The notes below the pieces were generated by a model that was not told where the DNA came from, made no database searches, and worked only from the letters and a program-made list of their open reading frames with translations. This document shows positions 8,726 through 18,119 of a stretch of 64,000 nt of DNA, in pieces (the stretch's first letter is position 1; every line of letters begins with the position of its first letter). The stretch lies in NCBI GenBank assembly GCA_021788015.1, contig JAJYLD010000001.1, positions 81,581-145,580 of the forward strand. The letters are read 5' to 3'. The position numbers and the translations under genes are program-made. This DNA comes from a bacterium. Its GTDB lineage: Bacteria; Patescibacteriota; Patescibacteriia; Patescibacteriales; JAKAJF01.

Positions 8726-9295
8726 ATGAAAACATACATTTGCGAAATTTGCGGGGAGGCGTTTTTGGGCGAGGGAAAGCCGACGGATTGCCCGTTTTGC
8801 GGAGCGCGTGCGGCATTCATAAAAGAGGGGAACGAAGCCAACCCGATCGTTAATCGCAATATCGCTGTAGGCGAAAAATCAAAAGCGAATTTGATCGCCG
8901 CCCTTAATTTGGAAAAAGCGGCCACCGCCATCTACCAATGCATGTCCGACAAAGCGGACACTTATGAAATAAAAACCATGTACAAAAGGCTTTCAAGGGT
9001 GGAAGCGGAACATGTAAGTTCGATCACCAAACTTTTAAAAATTGAAAAGCCGGCAATCGATGAGCAGGACTGCAGCGAAACAGATTTGGAAAATTTTGAA
9101 CGAACTCTGAAACTTGAAGAAAATGCAACTGATCTCTATATGAAATTCGCGCAAGAAGCCGACGAACCGGAAATTCGCATATTTTTTGCCGCCCTGTCGC
9201 AGGCGGAAGCCAATCATGTCAAATTAATCAAAAATTATTTAAATTATGAATCTGCCGGAACTACTTCTCATAATCTTGGGACTGGGGCTGTTTGA
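8726..9295 (+). CDS. rubrerythrin-family protein with N-terminal rubredoxin-like zinc ribbon
   Basis: CEICG...CPFCG ribbon; two E...ExxH di-iron motifs (VEAEHV, AEANHV). Confidence 0.75.
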   Translation: MKTYICEICGEAFLGEGKPTDCPFCGARAAFIKEGNEANPIVNRNIAVGEKSKANLIAALNLEKAATAIYQCMSDKADTYEIKTMYKRLSRVEAEHVSSITKLLKIEKPAIDEQDCSETDLENFERTLKLEENATDLYMKFAQEADEPEIRIFFAALSQAEANHVKLIKNYLNYESAGTTSHNLGTGAV

Positions 9296-10169
9296 AATTA
9301 TTTCAAGCATCGACAATGCCATCGTCAACGCGGAAGTGCTTTCAACCATGGGCAAAAAATCAAAAAGATGGTTTTTGCTTTGGGGTTTGTTTTTTGCCGT
9401 ATTCGTCGTCCGCGGCCTTTTGCCTTGGTTTATCGTTTGGTTTGCGACGCCGGGGCTCGGACCCGTAGGAGCGCTTACGGCGACTTTCAGCAAGGATCCG
9501 AAAATTTTACAGGCCGTCGAGATGTCGTCGCCGATGCTTTTGATCGGCGGCGGAATTTTTTTGATTTTTTTGTTTTTTTACTGGCTTTTCGTCGAAGAGA
9601 AACATTACGGCTTGATCGGCGAGAAATTTTTTCATTCCAAAGGCGTTTGGTTTTACGCCGTCGTTTCCGTCATTTTGGCATTCATCGTCTGGTTCGCCTT
9701 GAAAAAAAATCCGATGATGGCTTTCGGCGCGGTGGTCGGCTCGACCGCGTTTTTCATTACGCACGGGTTTAAAGAGAACGCGGAAGCGAGTGAAAAAAAC
9801 CTTTTAAAAAAAGGTTTGTCCGATTTAAGCAAGATTTTTTATCTTGAGGTAATCGACGCGACGTTTTCAATCGATGGCGTTTTGGGTGCGTTCGCGTTTA
9901 CTTTGTCCGTGCCTCTGATTTTAATCGGAAACGGAATCGGCGCTTATGTCGTTCGCAAACTGACCACGGGAAATGTGGAAAGAATCAAAAGATACATTTT
10001 TCTGAAAAACGGAGCCATGTATTCGATTTTATTTTTGGGGCTGATCATGATTCTGGACAGCTTTGGTTTTGATGTGCCGAGTTGGCTCTCGCCGATCGTA
10101 ACTTTCGCGGTCGTCGGCTATTTCTTTTTGAAATCGCGAAAGGTGATTAAGTTGGATTTGGTGGTATAA
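9246..10169 (+). CDS. DUF475 (TerC-related) integral membrane protein
   Basis: EIISSIDNAIVNAEVL signature, multi-pass membrane protein; exact start uncertain (overlaps upstream gene). Confidence 0.7.
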   Translation: MNLPELLLIILGLGLFEIISSIDNAIVNAEVLSTMGKKSKRWFLLWGLFFAVFVVRGLLPWFIVWFATPGLGPVGALTATFSKDPKILQAVEMSSPMLLIGGGIFLIFLFFYWLFVEEKHYGLIGEKFFHSKGVWFYAVVSVILAFIVWFALKKNPMMAFGAVVGSTAFFITHGFKENAEASEKNLLKKGLSDLSKIFYLEVIDATFSIDGVLGAFAFTLSVPLILIGNGIGAYVVRKLTTGNVERIKRYIFLKNGAMYSILFLGLIMILDSFGFDVPSWLSPIVTFAVVGYFFLKSRKVIKLDLVV

Positions 10170-10188
10170 AAAAATATTGTATATAATC

Positions 10189-10216
10189 GTAGAGACGTGG
10201 CATGCCGCGTCTCTAC
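10189..10216. terminator. bidirectional hairpin between convergent genes
   Basis: gtagagacg-tggcatgccg-cgtctctac perfect 9-bp stem. Confidence 0.6.
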
Positions 10217-10271
10217 TTTATGTTCACTACTGGCTCCGATGCCGTGCCCGGAACCAGAGCTAACAGAACAT

Positions 10272-11060
10272 CTATTTTTTTCTCGCTAAAATACAGAATA
10301 TGCCCGGTATATATCTTAACGAATGCCCCCAACTACCAGGTTTATCGTCTTTACTTTGATAAAGACCTTTGGGCATTTCTTCAACTCGTTCAATTACAAA
10401 ACCACATTCAACTAACCCATTGAAAGTTTCATCTAAGTAATGACGATATTCAAGAACTTTTTCTTTTTTTGATCTTTGTTGCTCTTTTACTGCGTAAGGT
10501 TTTGAAATACGATAACCCTTACCATCCCAATCTTCAAAATGAAACGCTTGCGGATTGTGAGCATCCGCGCGATACAAACCGCCACTTCTTAATACGCGAG
10601 CAACTTCGGAATATACTTTTTTTACATCCATAACATATGTCATTGACGGGGCTTGATACGCAATATCAAAAGAGTTGTCTTTAAGTATTGAGAGATTACT
10701 CATATCGCCCTGTATTGTTTTAATTTTGTAACCGTAATGAGCAGCCGCCTTTTTATCGCCTTCAAGTTGACCCTTTGCGATATCAACAACTGTTACATTG
10801 GCGCCAAGTAGTGCAAAAACCGCTGATTGTTGACCTCCGCCAGAAGCGAGACATAAAATATCTCTACCTTTAACGTTCGAAAGTATGCTAGCTGGATATA
10901 TATCGTTTAGTGGTTCGGGTAAATTTTTCAATTCTCCTTTGGCAATTTTTCGAAAAACTTTTACATCCAAATTCAACCAAGGTTTTGTAAAACCGCAATC
11001 TCCTTTAGCCATTTTTTCCCACCATTCTTTGTTGACAGCGGCATAATTATTTTTGTCCAT
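10272..11060 (-). CDS. class I SAM-dependent methyltransferase
   Basis: ILCLASGGGQQSAVFALLGANVTVVDI motif I; start trimmed to MDKNNY because the upstream 105 nt is a shared structured repeat. Confidence 0.75.
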   Translation of the reverse strand: MDKNNYAAVNKEWWEKMAKGDCGFTKPWLNLDVKVFRKIAKGELKNLPEPLNDIYPASILSNVKGRDILCLASGGGQQSAVFALLGANVTVVDIAKGQLEGDKKAAAHYGYKIKTIQGDMSNLSILKDNSFDIAYQAPSMTYVMDVKKVYSEVARVLRSGGLYRADAHNPQAFHFEDWDGKGYRISKPYAVKEQQRSKKEKVLEYRHYLDETFNGLVECGFVIERVEEMPKGLYQSKDDKPGSWGHSLRYIPGIFCILARKK

Positions 11061-11169
11061 AGTTTTGCGTTTCGGCAGCGTCTCCGATAGGGACTCTGCC
11101 GCGGTGAATGCGGCAATCATGGCGTCAGAGTCCTCTTCGAGAGACTCTGACGGAATCAAATTCATATTT
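11061..11169 (-). repeat. mosaic structured intergenic repeat (modules A and B plus hairpin with CCTATCGG loop)
   Basis: 11129-11165 matches 12096-12133; 11107-11127 matches 11634-11654; 10-bp perfect stem cgtcagagtc/gactctgacg; hairpin 11073-11101. Confidence 0.65.
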
Positions 11170-11493
11170 TTATTTTTCGTTTTCTTTTTTAAACGGCGGC
11201 GAGTTCACGATTACCGCCTTGAAAGTGCCTTTAAAATTATATTCCGTATCGGATGGAATAAAAATTACATCTCCCGGTTTGCCAATTAAGTTTTCGTTAA
11301 CAATAATTTCTCCTGCAAGAATATAATAAGCTCTGTCGCTGTTTATCGTAGTAGTTTCATTATGATTCGCGGCGTCTCCGACGGCAACACTGACTTTTTC
11401 GCTATCCGCGGCGGTTAAAAAATTAAATACCGAATACGAATCGGATATTTTTCTTATTATCGCGTTTTCTTTTCTGAAAATCTTTATATTCAT
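11170..11493 (-). CDS. cupin-fold protein
   Basis: 107 aa from MNIKIF; ...AYYILAGEIIV...GDVIFIPSDTEYNF beta-barrel pattern; upstream part of the track ORF is repeat sequence. Confidence 0.6.
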   Translation of the reverse strand: MNIKIFRKENAIIRKISDSYSVFNFLTAADSEKVSVAVGDAANHNETTTINSDRAYYILAGEIIVNENLIGKPGDVIFIPSDTEYNFKGTFKAVIVNSPPFKKENEK

Positions 11494-11659
11494 GAGCCTG
11501 GAGACAATATTTTGCGCTGGGCTGGCTCCGTGGCTTTGGCCCGGAGCCATTTTGCAAACGCGAATAAAAACAAAGTTTGTTAATTTCAACCGCTTGCATT
11601 TTGACTCCGGGTATAACCCGAGTCAGCAAGTTGGATGCGGCAATCATGGCGTCAAAATA
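11494..11659 (-). repeat. mosaic structured intergenic repeat (module B plus two hairpins)
   Basis: Hairpins tggctccg...cggagcca (11523-11549) and gactccggg...cccgagtc (11603-11624); module B at 11634-11654. Confidence 0.6.
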
Positions 11660-11917
11660 TTAAAAACCAGATTCAATTGTTCCGTGCCTTTTTTCGTCAT
11701 AGACAATGGTTCCAAAGTCTTCTCTACTCGTGACCATTTTTTCTGTTTGTCCGTTTATTTGCACGTCTACATTCCCACTATCAAATTTAATCCCTTTTTC
11801 TCCCATCCATTTCAAAAGTTCGGGTTCGTCTGGAGAAGTAAGGGCAAGATGAGAATACTTTTTTAATTCTTCTTCGGTTATTTGGATTGGAGCACTAAAA
11901 TTTTCAAATTTATTCAT
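11660..11917 (-). CDS. hypothetical protein
   Basis: 85 aa from MNKFENF; no recognised motif. Confidence 0.45.
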   Translation of the reverse strand: MNKFENFSAPIQITEEELKKYSHLALTSPDEPELLKWMGEKGIKFDSGNVDVQINGQTEKMVTSREDFGTIVYDEKRHGTIESGF

Positions 11918-11941
11918 ATTTTTTTGTTTTCTGTAAAGCAT

Positions 11942-12133
11942 TTTTTACAGAATAAATTATTATTTGTTTATTTTAAAAACCAATAATTTACCTTTGCTGA
12001 GGCTCCATAGTCCGATAGGCTGTGGAGCCAAAATGCGAACCGAGTTTACCGTCTGTACCGTGGCTCTACAGGGCTTCGCCACTATGGAGCCAACAAGTCC
12101 TCTTCGAGAGACTTTGACGGAACCAAATTACAT
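11942..12133 (-). repeat. mosaic structured intergenic repeat (module A plus two GGCTCC hairpins)
   Basis: Hairpins 12001-12029 (loop ccgatagg) and 12061-12092; module A copy 12096-12133 overlaps the stop of the upstream gene. Confidence 0.65.
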
Positions 12134-12433
12134 TTTCTCAGATTCAATCTTCTTAATTAACAAAAGTTCTGAATCGAGCAGCACCTCTGTTATCTTATGT
12201 TTTTCTGAATCTTTAAAATAAATAATTGAGTTTTTTTTAGCTTTTATTAATTTATTCTCTTCAGAATAAAAAATCAATTCTCCGGACAGAACAACGTAAA
12301 ATTCAAATGAGTTGAGATGATAATGAAAATCTTTTTCAGTATATCCTTTTTTAAATTTTTTCTTTCTAATAAACAAATCTTCATTATTTTCTCTGCCACA
12401 AACAACACCTTCTTTTATGTTATATTTTTTCAT
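12128..12433 (-). CDS. cupin-like small protein
   Basis: HYHLNSFEFYVVLSGELIF pattern; ATG 2 nt after the gyrB stop. Confidence 0.55.
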   Translation of the reverse strand: MKKYNIKEGVVCGRENNEDLFIRKKKFKKGYTEKDFHYHLNSFEFYVVLSGELIFYSEENKLIKAKKNSIIYFKDSEKHKITEVLLDSELLLIKKIESEKM

Positions 12434-12435
12434 GT

Positions 12436-14448
12436 TTATATATCCAAATTTTCAACTTTCTTCGCGTGGGTTTGGATGAAATGCTTGCGGGGGCCGACTT
12501 CGCCGCCCATGAGCATGTCGAATATCTCATCGGCGCGAGCCGCGTCTTCGACCGTAACCTGGCGCATAATGCGCTGCTTCGGGTCCATAGTCGTTTCCCA
12601 AAGCTGTCCAGGATTCATTTCGCCGAGACCTTTGTAGCGCTGGATATTTATTCTCGCCGGAGCTTTTTTTGTTTCTTTTGTTTCAGCTTCTTCAGCTTCA
12701 GCCGATTCACCCTCGGCTATTTCTTCGACCTCGACGACTTCGCCGCCGAGTTCTTTTATGATCTTATCTTTTTCTTCGTCCGAATAGGCGTAATTTATGT
12801 TCTGGCCCTTTTTAAGCTGGTATAAAGGCGGTTGGGCGATGTATAAATTGCCGTTATTGACCAGCGGAGTGAAATGACGATAGAACAAGGTCAAAAGCAG
12901 AGTGCGGATATGCGCTCCGTCAACGTCGGCATCGGTCATGATGATAATGCGATGATATCTTAATTTTCCCAAATCGAATTGATCGTCGATATTCGTGCCC
13001 AGAGCGATAACCAGATTTTTAATTTCATTATTGGCAAGCATTTTATCAAGACGCGCTCTTTCCACGTTCAAAATTTTTCCGCGCAAGGGAAGTATGGCCT
13101 GGAATTTTCGATCGCGGCCTTGTTTCGCCGAACCGCCGGCGGAATCGCCCTCGACGATGTACAGTTCGCATTCTTCCGGGTTGCGACTCGAACAGTCCGC
13201 CAATTTTCCGGGCAGAGTCATGCCTTCTAAAGCACCTTTTCTTAAAATCGTGGCGCGCGCGGTGCGGGCGGCGATTCTCGCCTGGGCCGACAAAACACAT
13301 TTACCGATAATCGCCTCGGCTTCTTTCGGATGTTCTTCCAAGAAAGTCGAAAAAGTTTCGCCGAAAATTTGTTCGACATACGTTTTCATTTCCGCATTGC
13401 CCAACTTTCCTTTTGTCTGGCCTTCGAATTGCGGATCGGTCAGTTTCACGCTGACGATGACGGTCAAACCTTCACGGACGTCCTCACCGGTCAAGTTTTC
13501 GTCTTTTTCACGAAGAAGATTATGCGATCTGGCGTATGAATTTAAAGTTCTTGTCAAAGCGGTTCTAAAGCCGACAATATGCGTTCCGCCTTCCGGATTA
13601 TGGATGTTATTGGCGAAAGCGAGAACCATTTCATTGAATTCGTCATTGTATTGGAGTGCGATCTCCACTTTCGAAGTGTCGACATCCTTGTCTATGTAAA
13701 AAATCGTTTCATTTTTTACGGTTTTGTTATGATTCAAAGCTTTGACATAGGCTTTGATTCCGCCTTCGAAATAAAATTTGTAGAATTTTTCTCTGTGACC
13801 TTCGCGTTTGTCCGCAACCGATATGGTAATGCCCTTGGTTAAATAGGCCTGTTGCCTTAATCTATCCAAAATTTTGCCCCAACTGAATTCCAGTTCCGTA
13901 AAAACGGAAGCGTCGGGCTTGAAAGTGATAATCGTTCCGGTTTTTTTTGTCGTTCCGACCGGTTTCGCCGGTTTTAACGGTTTGCCGATTTTGTATTCCT
14001 GCATCCAAACTTTTCCGTCGCGATGAACCTCAGCTTTTAAATATGAACTTAAAGCATTGACAACGGAAACGCCGACACCGTGCAAACCGCCGGAAACTTT
14101 ATAGCCGCCGCCGCCGAATTTTCCTCCGGCATGGAGCTTTGTCAAAACTGTTTCCAAGGCGGAAACGCCGGTAACCTTATGCTTCTCGACCGGAATGCCG
14201 CGACCGTTATCGCCGACTTCGACCATGCCGTCCGGAAGCAAAGTCACTCCGATTTCCGTCGCGTAACCGGCCATGGCTTCATCGATTCCGTTATCGACAA
14301 CTTCCCAAATCAAGTGATGCAAACCGGCCGCCGAAGTCGAACCGATGTACATGCCCGGCCTCTTTCTGACCGGCTCCAAACCTTCCAAAACCGTGATCGC
14401 GTCGGCTCCGTAAGTTGATTTAACATTTTTAACTTTTTTGTTGGCCAT
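12436..14448 (-). CDS. gyrB: DNA gyrase subunit B
   Basis: 670 aa; GLEPVRKRPGMYIG, GHKL ATPase, EGDSAGGSAKQGRDR Toprim, PLRGKILNVE motifs. Confidence 0.97.
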   Translation of the reverse strand: MANKKVKNVKSTYGADAITVLEGLEPVRKRPGMYIGSTSAAGLHHLIWEVVDNGIDEAMAGYATEIGVTLLPDGMVEVGDNGRGIPVEKHKVTGVSALETVLTKLHAGGKFGGGGYKVSGGLHGVGVSVVNALSSYLKAEVHRDGKVWMQEYKIGKPLKPAKPVGTTKKTGTIITFKPDASVFTELEFSWGKILDRLRQQAYLTKGITISVADKREGHREKFYKFYFEGGIKAYVKALNHNKTVKNETIFYIDKDVDTSKVEIALQYNDEFNEMVLAFANNIHNPEGGTHIVGFRTALTRTLNSYARSHNLLREKDENLTGEDVREGLTVIVSVKLTDPQFEGQTKGKLGNAEMKTYVEQIFGETFSTFLEEHPKEAEAIIGKCVLSAQARIAARTARATILRKGALEGMTLPGKLADCSSRNPEECELYIVEGDSAGGSAKQGRDRKFQAILPLRGKILNVERARLDKMLANNEIKNLVIALGTNIDDQFDLGKLRYHRIIIMTDADVDGAHIRTLLLTLFYRHFTPLVNNGNLYIAQPPLYQLKKGQNINYAYSDEEKDKIIKELGGEVVEVEEIAEGESAEAEEAETKETKKAPARINIQRYKGLGEMNPGQLWETTMDPKQRIMRQVTVEDAARADEIFDMLMGGEVGPRKHFIQTHAKKVENLDI

Positions 14449-14673
14449 ATTTTAATAAAAAATTACTAATTTTACATAAAAATATCCCGTGAAATTAGGG
14501 GTATTTATTACACTAATATTGTATCAAAAAATGTAAGTAGTGGCAAGGATTTTGACACTGGCTAATACGGGGTGAAACGCGGACTTACCCGACTTTTTGA
14601 TAGTGAGTTTACAATAGTTAGTTATTGTGCTAGAAAAAAGTTAATACTCAAAAATAATCTGGCAGGAGGACCA

Positions 14674-14955
14674 ATGGAACCCGTGACTCAAGAGAGAATG
14701 AATGATCTGGCCAATAAACATCCGGAGGAATTTTTGCGAATCAATAAAGCATTTTGTGCCAGTGAAGATGCCTTATCGTCCTTTATTAAAAAGCTCCAGG
14801 AAGACGGCTTAAAGCCCGGAGAAATTGGCGCAGTAGCCGGAGTCATGGCAAGTACTGTCTTCTCCGTAACGCTGGGTGTTTCTCTCGCCCAAGCCGGAGT
14901 CTCCAGGAAAGTCAAATCCGCTGTAGAAAGAGAAATAAAAAAAATTTTTAAATAG
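14674..14955 (+). CDS. hypothetical protein
   Basis: AGGAGG 4 nt upstream of the ATG at 14674; 93 aa. Confidence 0.5.
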   Translation: MEPVTQERMNDLANKHPEEFLRINKAFCASEDALSSFIKKLQEDGLKPGEIGAVAGVMASTVFSVTLGVSLAQAGVSRKVKSAVEREIKKIFK

Positions 14956-15130
14956 CTCTCGATTTTTTGGGAGTTTTTTATTATCGTGGGCAGTTCGGCA
15001 AAATCCCCGGTAGAGACTCCATCTAAACAAACATCTAATGCATACCTTACCCGCTCGTATACTTTGAGGAGAGGGTTTTGGGGTAAAGTTAAATTTGTCA
15101 GTGTCCCTTTCTTTATGTTAAAATAAATTT

Positions 15131-16054
15131 ATGGACACAAAAAATCAAAAACAGATAGAAGAAATAGAAAGGAAGTACCAAGACCCGCACGGGGTTAGCA
15201 TAAAAAAGCTAAACTTCGGATTGTGGTATATCGAACATAAAGACTTGATGCGCAAAGCCTTTTTGATTTTTTTGGGTTTGGTCGCCGCGATTTCCTGGGG
15301 TTACACGATTTACGGATTCGGGTATTACATCGCGAAAGGAATGCAAGAAGATGAAAATATCAATCGAAATTTAATCGCTACCGGAAACGTAAATTTGAAT
15401 TACCTTTCCCAAACTGCTCCGAAAAATTTGGCAATCGGCCAAGTTCAAGTCTTAAATTCCGGTTTCGACAACAAATTCGATTACATCGTAAAAATTACGA
15501 ATCCGAATCCGAAGATTTGGGCCGATTTCGAATACGATTTTGCGGGAAACGGAACGACGACGGAAACGGAAAGCGGTTTTATTCTGCCCGGCGATTCGAA
15601 ATACATCATGTCTCTCGCCAATGACGGTCCGTATCCGGAAGATTTGCGTTTACAAATCAACAATTTAACTTGGCACAGAATCGACGCCCACGAAATCGGA
15701 GATTGGCGTACTTTCAGGGACAATCATCTTGCCGGCTTGTCCGTCGCAAACATAAATTATTCTTCGGGCTTGGGTTCAAGTTCCGGCACCTCTACTCCCG
15801 GAGTCGACATGAATCATGTCTCGTTTGACGTTACGAATAATACGGCGTACAATTACGCGAATCTCGGTTTTGATATTCTTATGTCGGACGGAACCGACTT
15901 GGTCGCCGTTAACAAATACACCATCGACAGTTTGATGTCCTCGCAATCCCAGCATATAGACGTTATCTGGTCCGGCAGTTTGCCTTCCTCAAGCCAGATT
16001 TCAGTAATTCCCGAAGTCAACATTATGGATAAAAACGTTTATTTAAATTTTTAA
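15131..16054 (+). CDS. membrane-anchored hypothetical protein
   Basis: 307 aa, single N-terminal TM helix then a Ser/Thr/Asn-rich extracytoplasmic region. Confidence 0.6.
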   Translation: MDTKNQKQIEEIERKYQDPHGVSIKKLNFGLWYIEHKDLMRKAFLIFLGLVAAISWGYTIYGFGYYIAKGMQEDENINRNLIATGNVNLNYLSQTAPKNLAIGQVQVLNSGFDNKFDYIVKITNPNPKIWADFEYDFAGNGTTTETESGFILPGDSKYIMSLANDGPYPEDLRLQINNLTWHRIDAHEIGDWRTFRDNHLAGLSVANINYSSGLGSSSGTSTPGVDMNHVSFDVTNNTAYNYANLGFDILMSDGTDLVAVNKYTIDSLMSSQSQHIDVIWSGSLPSSSQISVIPEVNIMDKNVYLNF

Positions 16055-16088
16055 AACGAAGTTTCGGGAGGAATGGAAGGCAATAAAA

Positions 16089-17192
16089 ATGTTGGGCAGA
16101 ATTTACACATATTTAAAAAATTTCGACTGGATTTTATTTTTTGCGATTTTGCTTCTGGTTTGTTTCGGTTTGGCGGAAATTTACAGTGTCGCTTTGGGGC
16201 GAGGAGGAACGGATCTTCTCAATTTCAAAAAACAAATCATTTTCGTAATAATCGGTTTGATTATTTTTTTTGGTTTGGCGTTTTTCGATTATTATAATTT
16301 GCGCGGTCTCAGCCCGTATATTTATGTAGCCGGAGTTTTGATGCTTATCGCCGTTTTGGTTCTCGGCAAAACCGTTCGCGGAACGGGGAGATGGTTTTAT
16401 GTCTTGGGTCTCGGAATCCAGCCGGTGGAATTTATCAAGGTCGCGTTGATTTTATTCTTGGCGAAATATTTTTCGGGCGCGTCCTTGCGTTTGAATCCGT
16501 TAAAGCATTTGCTCCTTTCCGGATTGGGCGCTTCCGTGCTTTTTATACTCGTCTTGTTGCAGCCGGATTTCGGCTCGGCCATGCTTCTTTTCGCCCTTTG
16601 GCTTTTTATCCTTCTCGCGGCCGGTTTTAAAAAACGTTATTTCGCAATTCTATTTTTAATCCTGGCCGTCTTGGGAGCGGGAGCCTGGATGTTTTATTTC
16701 AAGCCTTATCAAAAAGAACGCATCTTGACTTTCATCAATCCGTCATCCGATCCTTTAAAGCAGGGATATAACGTTACTCAAGCCATGATCGCCGTCGGCG
16801 CGGGCAGAACTTTCGGCCAGGGCATAGGATTCGGTTCCCAATCGCAGTTGAAATTTCTTCCGGAAAGCCAGACCGACTTCATTTTCGCCGTAATTTCCGA
16901 AGAACTGGGATTTTTGGGCGTGGCCTTGGTCATTTTTTTCTTTTCCGTAATTTTCTATCGGAGTTTGGCGAGTTTGAAGCGAATCAACAATGATTTCGGC
17001 ATATTTTTCGTTTTGGGATCGGTGGGCTTGATTTTTATCGAAATGTTTATTAATATTGGTATGAACATGGGCATTGTGCCCGTTGTCGGATTCCCATTAC
17101 CATTTTTAAGCTATGGCGGTTCGGGAATCATTTCCAATCTGGCCATGTTCGGCGTAATTGAAAGCATAATAATCAGGTCGAAGATAAGGTAA
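16089..17192 (+). CDS. SEDS family peptidoglycan polymerase (FtsW/RodA)
   Basis: 10-TM protein with QPVEFIKV, PDFGSA, SDFIFAVISEELG, LPFLSYGGS motifs. Confidence 0.9.
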   Translation: MLGRIYTYLKNFDWILFFAILLLVCFGLAEIYSVALGRGGTDLLNFKKQIIFVIIGLIIFFGLAFFDYYNLRGLSPYIYVAGVLMLIAVLVLGKTVRGTGRWFYVLGLGIQPVEFIKVALILFLAKYFSGASLRLNPLKHLLLSGLGASVLFILVLLQPDFGSAMLLFALWLFILLAAGFKKRYFAILFLILAVLGAGAWMFYFKPYQKERILTFINPSSDPLKQGYNVTQAMIAVGAGRTFGQGIGFGSQSQLKFLPESQTDFIFAVISEELGFLGVALVIFFFSVIFYRSLASLKRINNDFGIFFVLGSVGLIFIEMFINIGMNMGIVPVVGFPLPFLSYGGSGIISNLAMFGVIESIIIRSKIR

Positions 17193-17205
17193 TGTGACGC
17201 CCATC

Positions 17206-17283
17206 CGCGAATCGCGAATATATTTTTGGTTTTATAACAAAAAAGTTCGGAGCATTCGGATTTTAATTCGGAGCATTCGGATT
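17206..17283. repeat. short tandem repeats after the SEDS gene (cgcgaat x2; 17-nt unit repeated at 21-nt period)
   Basis: cgcgaatcgcgaat at 17206-17219; ttcggagcattcggatt at 17246-17262 and 17267-17283. Confidence 0.8.
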
Positions 17284-17298
17284 GTATTTTAAATATTT

Positions 17299-17946
17299 AT
17301 GACAAGCAAAGAAATCAATTTAAGCGCACAAAAAAGAGAGAAAAGCGGATTGTCGCAATTGCGAAATCAAGGCTTTATTCCGGCTGTCGTGTACGGAGCG
17401 GGAGGGGTGAATGAAAATTTAAAAGTCAAAAAATCGGAATTTGATAAAGTTTTCGAAGCGGCCGGCGAATCCCATCTTATCAATTTGGGAATCGAAGGCG
17501 GATCGAACGTCAAGGTCTTGGTAAAAGACGTGCAAAGAAATCCGGTAAAAAATACGATTTTGCATATCGATTTTTTTAAAGTCGATATGGACAAGAAAAT
17601 TACAACCGAAATTCCTTTGCGTTTTGTCGGCGAATCGAAAGCGGTCAAAGAACAAGGCGGAACGTTGGTTAAAACGATCGATATGGTCGAAGTGAAATGT
17701 TTGGCCAAAGACTTGGTTGACACGATCGAAGTCGATATCGCCGCTCTGAAAGATTTGCACGACGCGATCAGAATGCACGATCTAAAACTTCCGCAAGGAA
17801 TCGAATTGGTCAGTCAGACCGACGAGATAGTGGTCATGGTCGCGGAACAGCAAAAAGAAGAGGCTCCGGCGGCTCCGGCGGCGGAAGCGGAAGCGACCGC
17901 GCAAGTCGAAGCGGAAGGAGAGAAAAAGGAAGAAGCGGGAAAATAA
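17299..17946 (+). CDS. rplY: 50S ribosomal protein L25/Ctc
   Basis: LRNQGFIPAVVYG...VLVKDVQRNPVKNTILHIDF typical of L25; acidic Ala/Glu tail. Confidence 0.9.
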   Translation: MTSKEINLSAQKREKSGLSQLRNQGFIPAVVYGAGGVNENLKVKKSEFDKVFEAAGESHLINLGIEGGSNVKVLVKDVQRNPVKNTILHIDFFKVDMDKKITTEIPLRFVGESKAVKEQGGTLVKTIDMVEVKCLAKDLVDTIEVDIAALKDLHDAIRMHDLKLPQGIELVSQTDEIVVMVAEQQKEEAPAAPAAEAEATAQVEAEGEKKEEAGK

Positions 17947-18017
17947 ACGCGAAGAATTCTACATAAAAATTTTAAAAGCACTTCGAGTCCGGGGTGCTTT
18001 TATATTCGCACAAAATC

Positions 18018-18106
18018 AACTCAAAACTCAAAATTCAAAACTCCCCAAGTTTTTGGTTTTAAGTTTTAGTTTTGACATTTGCGTTTTGAGTTTTGAGATA
18101 AAAAAG
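18018..18106. repeat. inverted arrays of heptamer repeats (aactcaa / ttttgag)
   Basis: aactcaa-aactcaa-aattcaa-aactccc, then gttttaa-gttttag...gttttga-gttttga; ctcaaaactcaaaa and ttttgagttttgag are reverse complements. Confidence 0.8.
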
Positions 18107-18119
18107 AGATGGCAAAATT

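Noticed and set aside
10170-12435. Integron gene-cassette array with attC sites.
   Set aside because: No IntI-type tyrosine recombinase or attI is present in the window. The spacers lack the RYYYAAC...GTTRRRY boundary consensus (the nearest, GTTGGCT, fails it). The repeats share primary sequence modules, unlike attC sites. The region is kept as a repeat-mediated cassette-like finding only.
12466-14418. Multiple 69-234-aa plus-strand ORFs overlapping gyrB. Similar antisense or out-of-frame ORFs occur inside dnaX, the GT4 gene, hsdR, the recombinase gene, rarA, prfA and others.
   Set aside because: They are shadow ORFs inside genes with unambiguous motif support on the other strand or frame. 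Their sequences are low-complexity or Arg/Phe-rich, typical of non-coding frames.
14449-14673. Replication origin (DnaA boxes) next to gyrB.
   Set aside because: No TTATCCACA-like boxes were found in this intergenic region. The nearest look-alike (ttatccata at about 7495) is isolated and elsewhere.
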